From contig CAVWUU010000004.1 in the NCBI GenBank assembly GCA_963758295.1, positions 448,001 through 512,000 of the forward strand: 64,000 nt of DNA, in the 5' to 3' direction. The notes beneath the pieces were generated by a model, which saw nothing but the letters and a program-made list of their open reading frames with translations, had not been told where the DNA came from and did not search any database. The position numbers and the translations under genes are program-made. Shown piece by piece: positions 61,875 through 64,000 of the stretch. Numbering within the stretch: position 1 is the stretch's first letter; each line of letters opens with the position of its first letter. The DNA is from Candidatus Eremiobacteria bacterium. GTDB lineage: Bacteria > Vulcanimicrobiota > Vulcanimicrobiia > Vulcanimicrobiales > Vulcanimicrobiaceae.

Positions 61875-61918
61875 CGAGGGTCTATGCGCTCCTGGGGAAT
61901 CCGGAAGGGCTTTGGGAC

Positions 61919-62251
61919 CTAGGCAAGAGTATCGAGCGGCGCACGATACTCGTCTTCGCCCTCATAATACCCTATTAGCTGCTCCTCGAGAAAGAGCATG
62001 TGCAACTGCCGGTCCAAACGAGCGTATGCCTCGGCGTTTTCAGAGCGGAAGCTCTCCCAAGCGGCCCGGTCTTCCCACACGTCGACGGTGAGGTAGATTG
62101 CGGGATCGCGCCTATGGCGGAATAACCGCGTCCTCACGTAGCCCGGTGATTGCCCGAACAGCTGGGCGAATGGGCCGCCGCTGCCATACGCATGTTCGAA
62201 GGCGCGTGCCTGGGACTGGTGCACGCGGTAGCGGTAAAACACCTCGATCAT
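61919..62251 (-). CDS. Antibiotic biosynthesis monooxygenase-like protein
   Basis: FEHAYG...PGY..T.L...YLTVDVWE ferredoxin-like pattern. Confidence 0.78.
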   Translation of the reverse strand: MIEVFYRYRVHQSQARAFEHAYGSGGPFAQLFGQSPGYVRTRLFRHRRDPAIYLTVDVWEDRAAWESFRSENAEAYARLDRQLHMLFLEEQLIGYYEGEDEYRAPLDTLA

Positions 62252-64000
62252 CGGCGATCTGCCTCGCCGGCTTGTCCCGGCGCTCCTCGATGCACCGTCG
62301 ATGTCAAAAGCGAAGGCAGCTTCGCGGCGCGCACTTCCTGGTCCAGGGCCTTAACGCGCTGAGCGAATGACGCATACTGCGAGAGCCGGTCTTGCGTTAG
62401 CCGCAGCAGAGCAGCGTCTTCGCCGAGCTGCGCCTGCGTGGGCGGCGCATTGGAATCGAAGTACGTGTCGATCTGGGTTTGCAGCCGTTCGCGCAAGACG
62501 TCGGGCAAGAAGTCGTTGTCCTGATCGTTCAGCGGGTTCGACGTAAACGCCGGAATCAGGGCTCCTGCGGCATCACCGAGTTGCCGGACGTTGGACGCCA
62601 GATCGGCGTGCCCGTCTTTCGCGAGCGCGGCTGCTCGAAGCGGCGCTTCTTGCCTTACCGTGCTCAAGCCGTTGAGCGCGTCGTCAACTTTCGTAAAGGC
62701 ACCGATCAAACGCTCGATCCGCGCGCTGCGCTGAGCCAATTCTTGCGTGCTGTAATGCGTGCGCGTGTCTTGCCGCACGATGATGGGACGCTCGTACGTC
62801 TTTCCGTCTACGTGCAAACGCGCAACGTACCGGCCCGGAACGACGGGTGCGCCGCCGTCGAACGTGCCGCGATTCCAGCGCGGTGCAAACGTCCACTCGT
62901 GCGCGTTTTCCTTCGAGAGGTCCCACGCATAGCGATTCAAGCCCGCCTTATTCTCCACGGTTGCGGTGCGTACGACGTGGCCCGAAGCATCGAGGATGTC
63001 GATGGTCGGAACGATCTTTGCCGGCTTCTCCAAATAGTAAGAAATGAGTGCGCCGTACTCCGGCGCTTCGCCGTCGGGCCTCGTGCCGGAGTAGTTGAAT
63101 AGATTCCACTGCACGGCATCGCGGACCGGAAACAAATACGTTCCTGCGCTGCGAGCCCGCGACAACTGCTGAAGCTGCGTCGCATCGTCGAGCACCCATA
63201 TACCGCGTCCGTGAGTGGCAAGGAGCAGATCGTTCGTATCCGGCTGCAGCGCGATATCCCGCACGGAAACCGGCGGCAAGTTCGACGAAATGCGCTCCCA
63301 CGCCGCGCCGTCATTCCAGGACGCCCACAGCGAGCGTTCCAATCCCAAGTAAAGCACATGCGGCGTCTTTGGATCGGCGAGAATGCTGCGCGCTTCGTCG
63401 TCTTGCGGAAGGCCGGACGCGATTGGGCTCCAATGCGCGCCGAAATCGCGCGTTACGAAAACGTACGGCGTGCGATCTCCCACCATATGGCGGTCGTAAA
63501 CCGCATACGCGACGCCGGCATCGGTTTGCGACGGACTAATCGACGCAAATCTTCCGTACGGCTCGATCCCTTTGGGCGTAACGTTCGTCCAGTGTGCTCC
63601 GCCGTCACGCGTGAGCTGCACCACTCCGTCATCGGTGCCGATCCAAATTTCGCCGCGCCGCGCGTGCGACGGGGCCACGGCCAGAATCGTATCGCTCGTT
63701 TCGGCGCCCGTGCCGTCGAGCGTGATGCCGCCGGTGACCACTTCGTGCGCCGGCACGTTCAGGGTAAGATCGGGGCTAAGCTGCTTCCAGTGCAAGCCGC
63801 GGTCGCGCGTTGCGAAGAGGACGTTGCCCGCCGTGTACGTCACCGAAGGATCGAATGGATCGAAAGCTATCGGCGTTTCCCAGTTGAAGCGATACCTCAA
63901 GTCCTTGGGATCGATGACGTTTTGGTCGCGCATATACGGCGCGACCTCGCGGGTTTCTCCCGTCCGGAAGTTGTGAATCGTTAGGTCTCCCGCGAAGTTG
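62248..64000 (-). CDS. VPS10/BNR-repeat beta-propeller glycosyl-hydrolase-like protein (5' end outside window)
   Basis: Repeated TRD.G.HW Asp boxes, YRFNWETP, ATHGRGIWVLDD. Confidence 0.85.
   Translation of the reverse strand, partial: NFAGDLTIHNFRTGETREVAPYMRDQNVIDPKDLRYRFNWETPIAFDPFDPSVTYTAGNVLFATRDRGLHWKQLSPDLTLNVPAHEVVTGGITLDGTGAETSDTILAVAPSHARRGEIWIGTDDGVVQLTRDGGAHWTNVTPKGIEPYGRFASISPSQTDAGVAYAVYDRHMVGDRTPYVFVTRDFGAHWSPIASGLPQDDEARSILADPKTPHVLYLGLERSLWASWNDGAAWERISSNLPPVSVRDIALQPDTNDLLLATHGRGIWVLDDATQLQQLSRARSAGTYLFPVRDAVQWNLFNYSGTRPDGEAPEYGALISYYLEKPAKIVPTIDILDASGHVVRTATVENKAGLNRYAWDLSKENAHEWTFAPRWNRGTFDGGAPVVPGRYVARLHVDGKTYERPIIVRQDTRTHYSTQELAQRSARIERLIGAFTKVDDALNGLSTVRQEAPLRAAALAKDGHADLASNVRQLGDAAGALIPAFTSNPLNDQDNDFLPDVLRERLQTQIDTYFDSNAPPTQAQLGEDAALLRLTQDRLSQYASFAQRVKALDQEVRAAKLPSLLTSTVHRGAPGQAGEADRR

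Overview
A GC-rich bacterial window. The left part (0.6-25.3 kb) is the str/S10/spc ribosomal protein cluster on the minus strand, heavily rearranged: rpsJ is cut off from rplC by about 7 kb of unrelated genes and each block has its own sigma70-type promoter. rpmD and infA are missing from their usual slots, and the cluster ends after rpmJ-rpsM without rpsK-rpsD-rpoA-rplQ. A short REP-like hairpin (CCTGAGCYYGTCGAAGG) occurs in seven copies at six intergenic sites, mostly inside this cluster. The right part is accessory. It holds a YtrA-type GntR operon with two paralogous membrane proteins, an orphan pseudopilin-like pair, two DUF3311/sodium:solute symporter pairs, and an interrupted anthraniloyl/salicylyl-CoA (abm-like) catabolic cluster. 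It also holds an OmpR/kinase pair upstream of a TonB-dependent-receptor-like protein with an unusual duplicated C-terminal domain. The best candidate for an undescribed system is at 58.0-61.9 kb: a MalT-like STAND/LuxR regulator, a palindromic operator and promoter, an unannotated 22-aa peptide ORF (MITLLAIAAFVVACNYPPTGMG) and an HD-GYP protein, arranged like a peptide-signalling circuit. About a dozen single-base frameshifts, two of them in fusA, suggest sequencing or assembly indels. Gene content suggests Eremiobacterota/Vulcanimicrobiota, which is an unverified impression.
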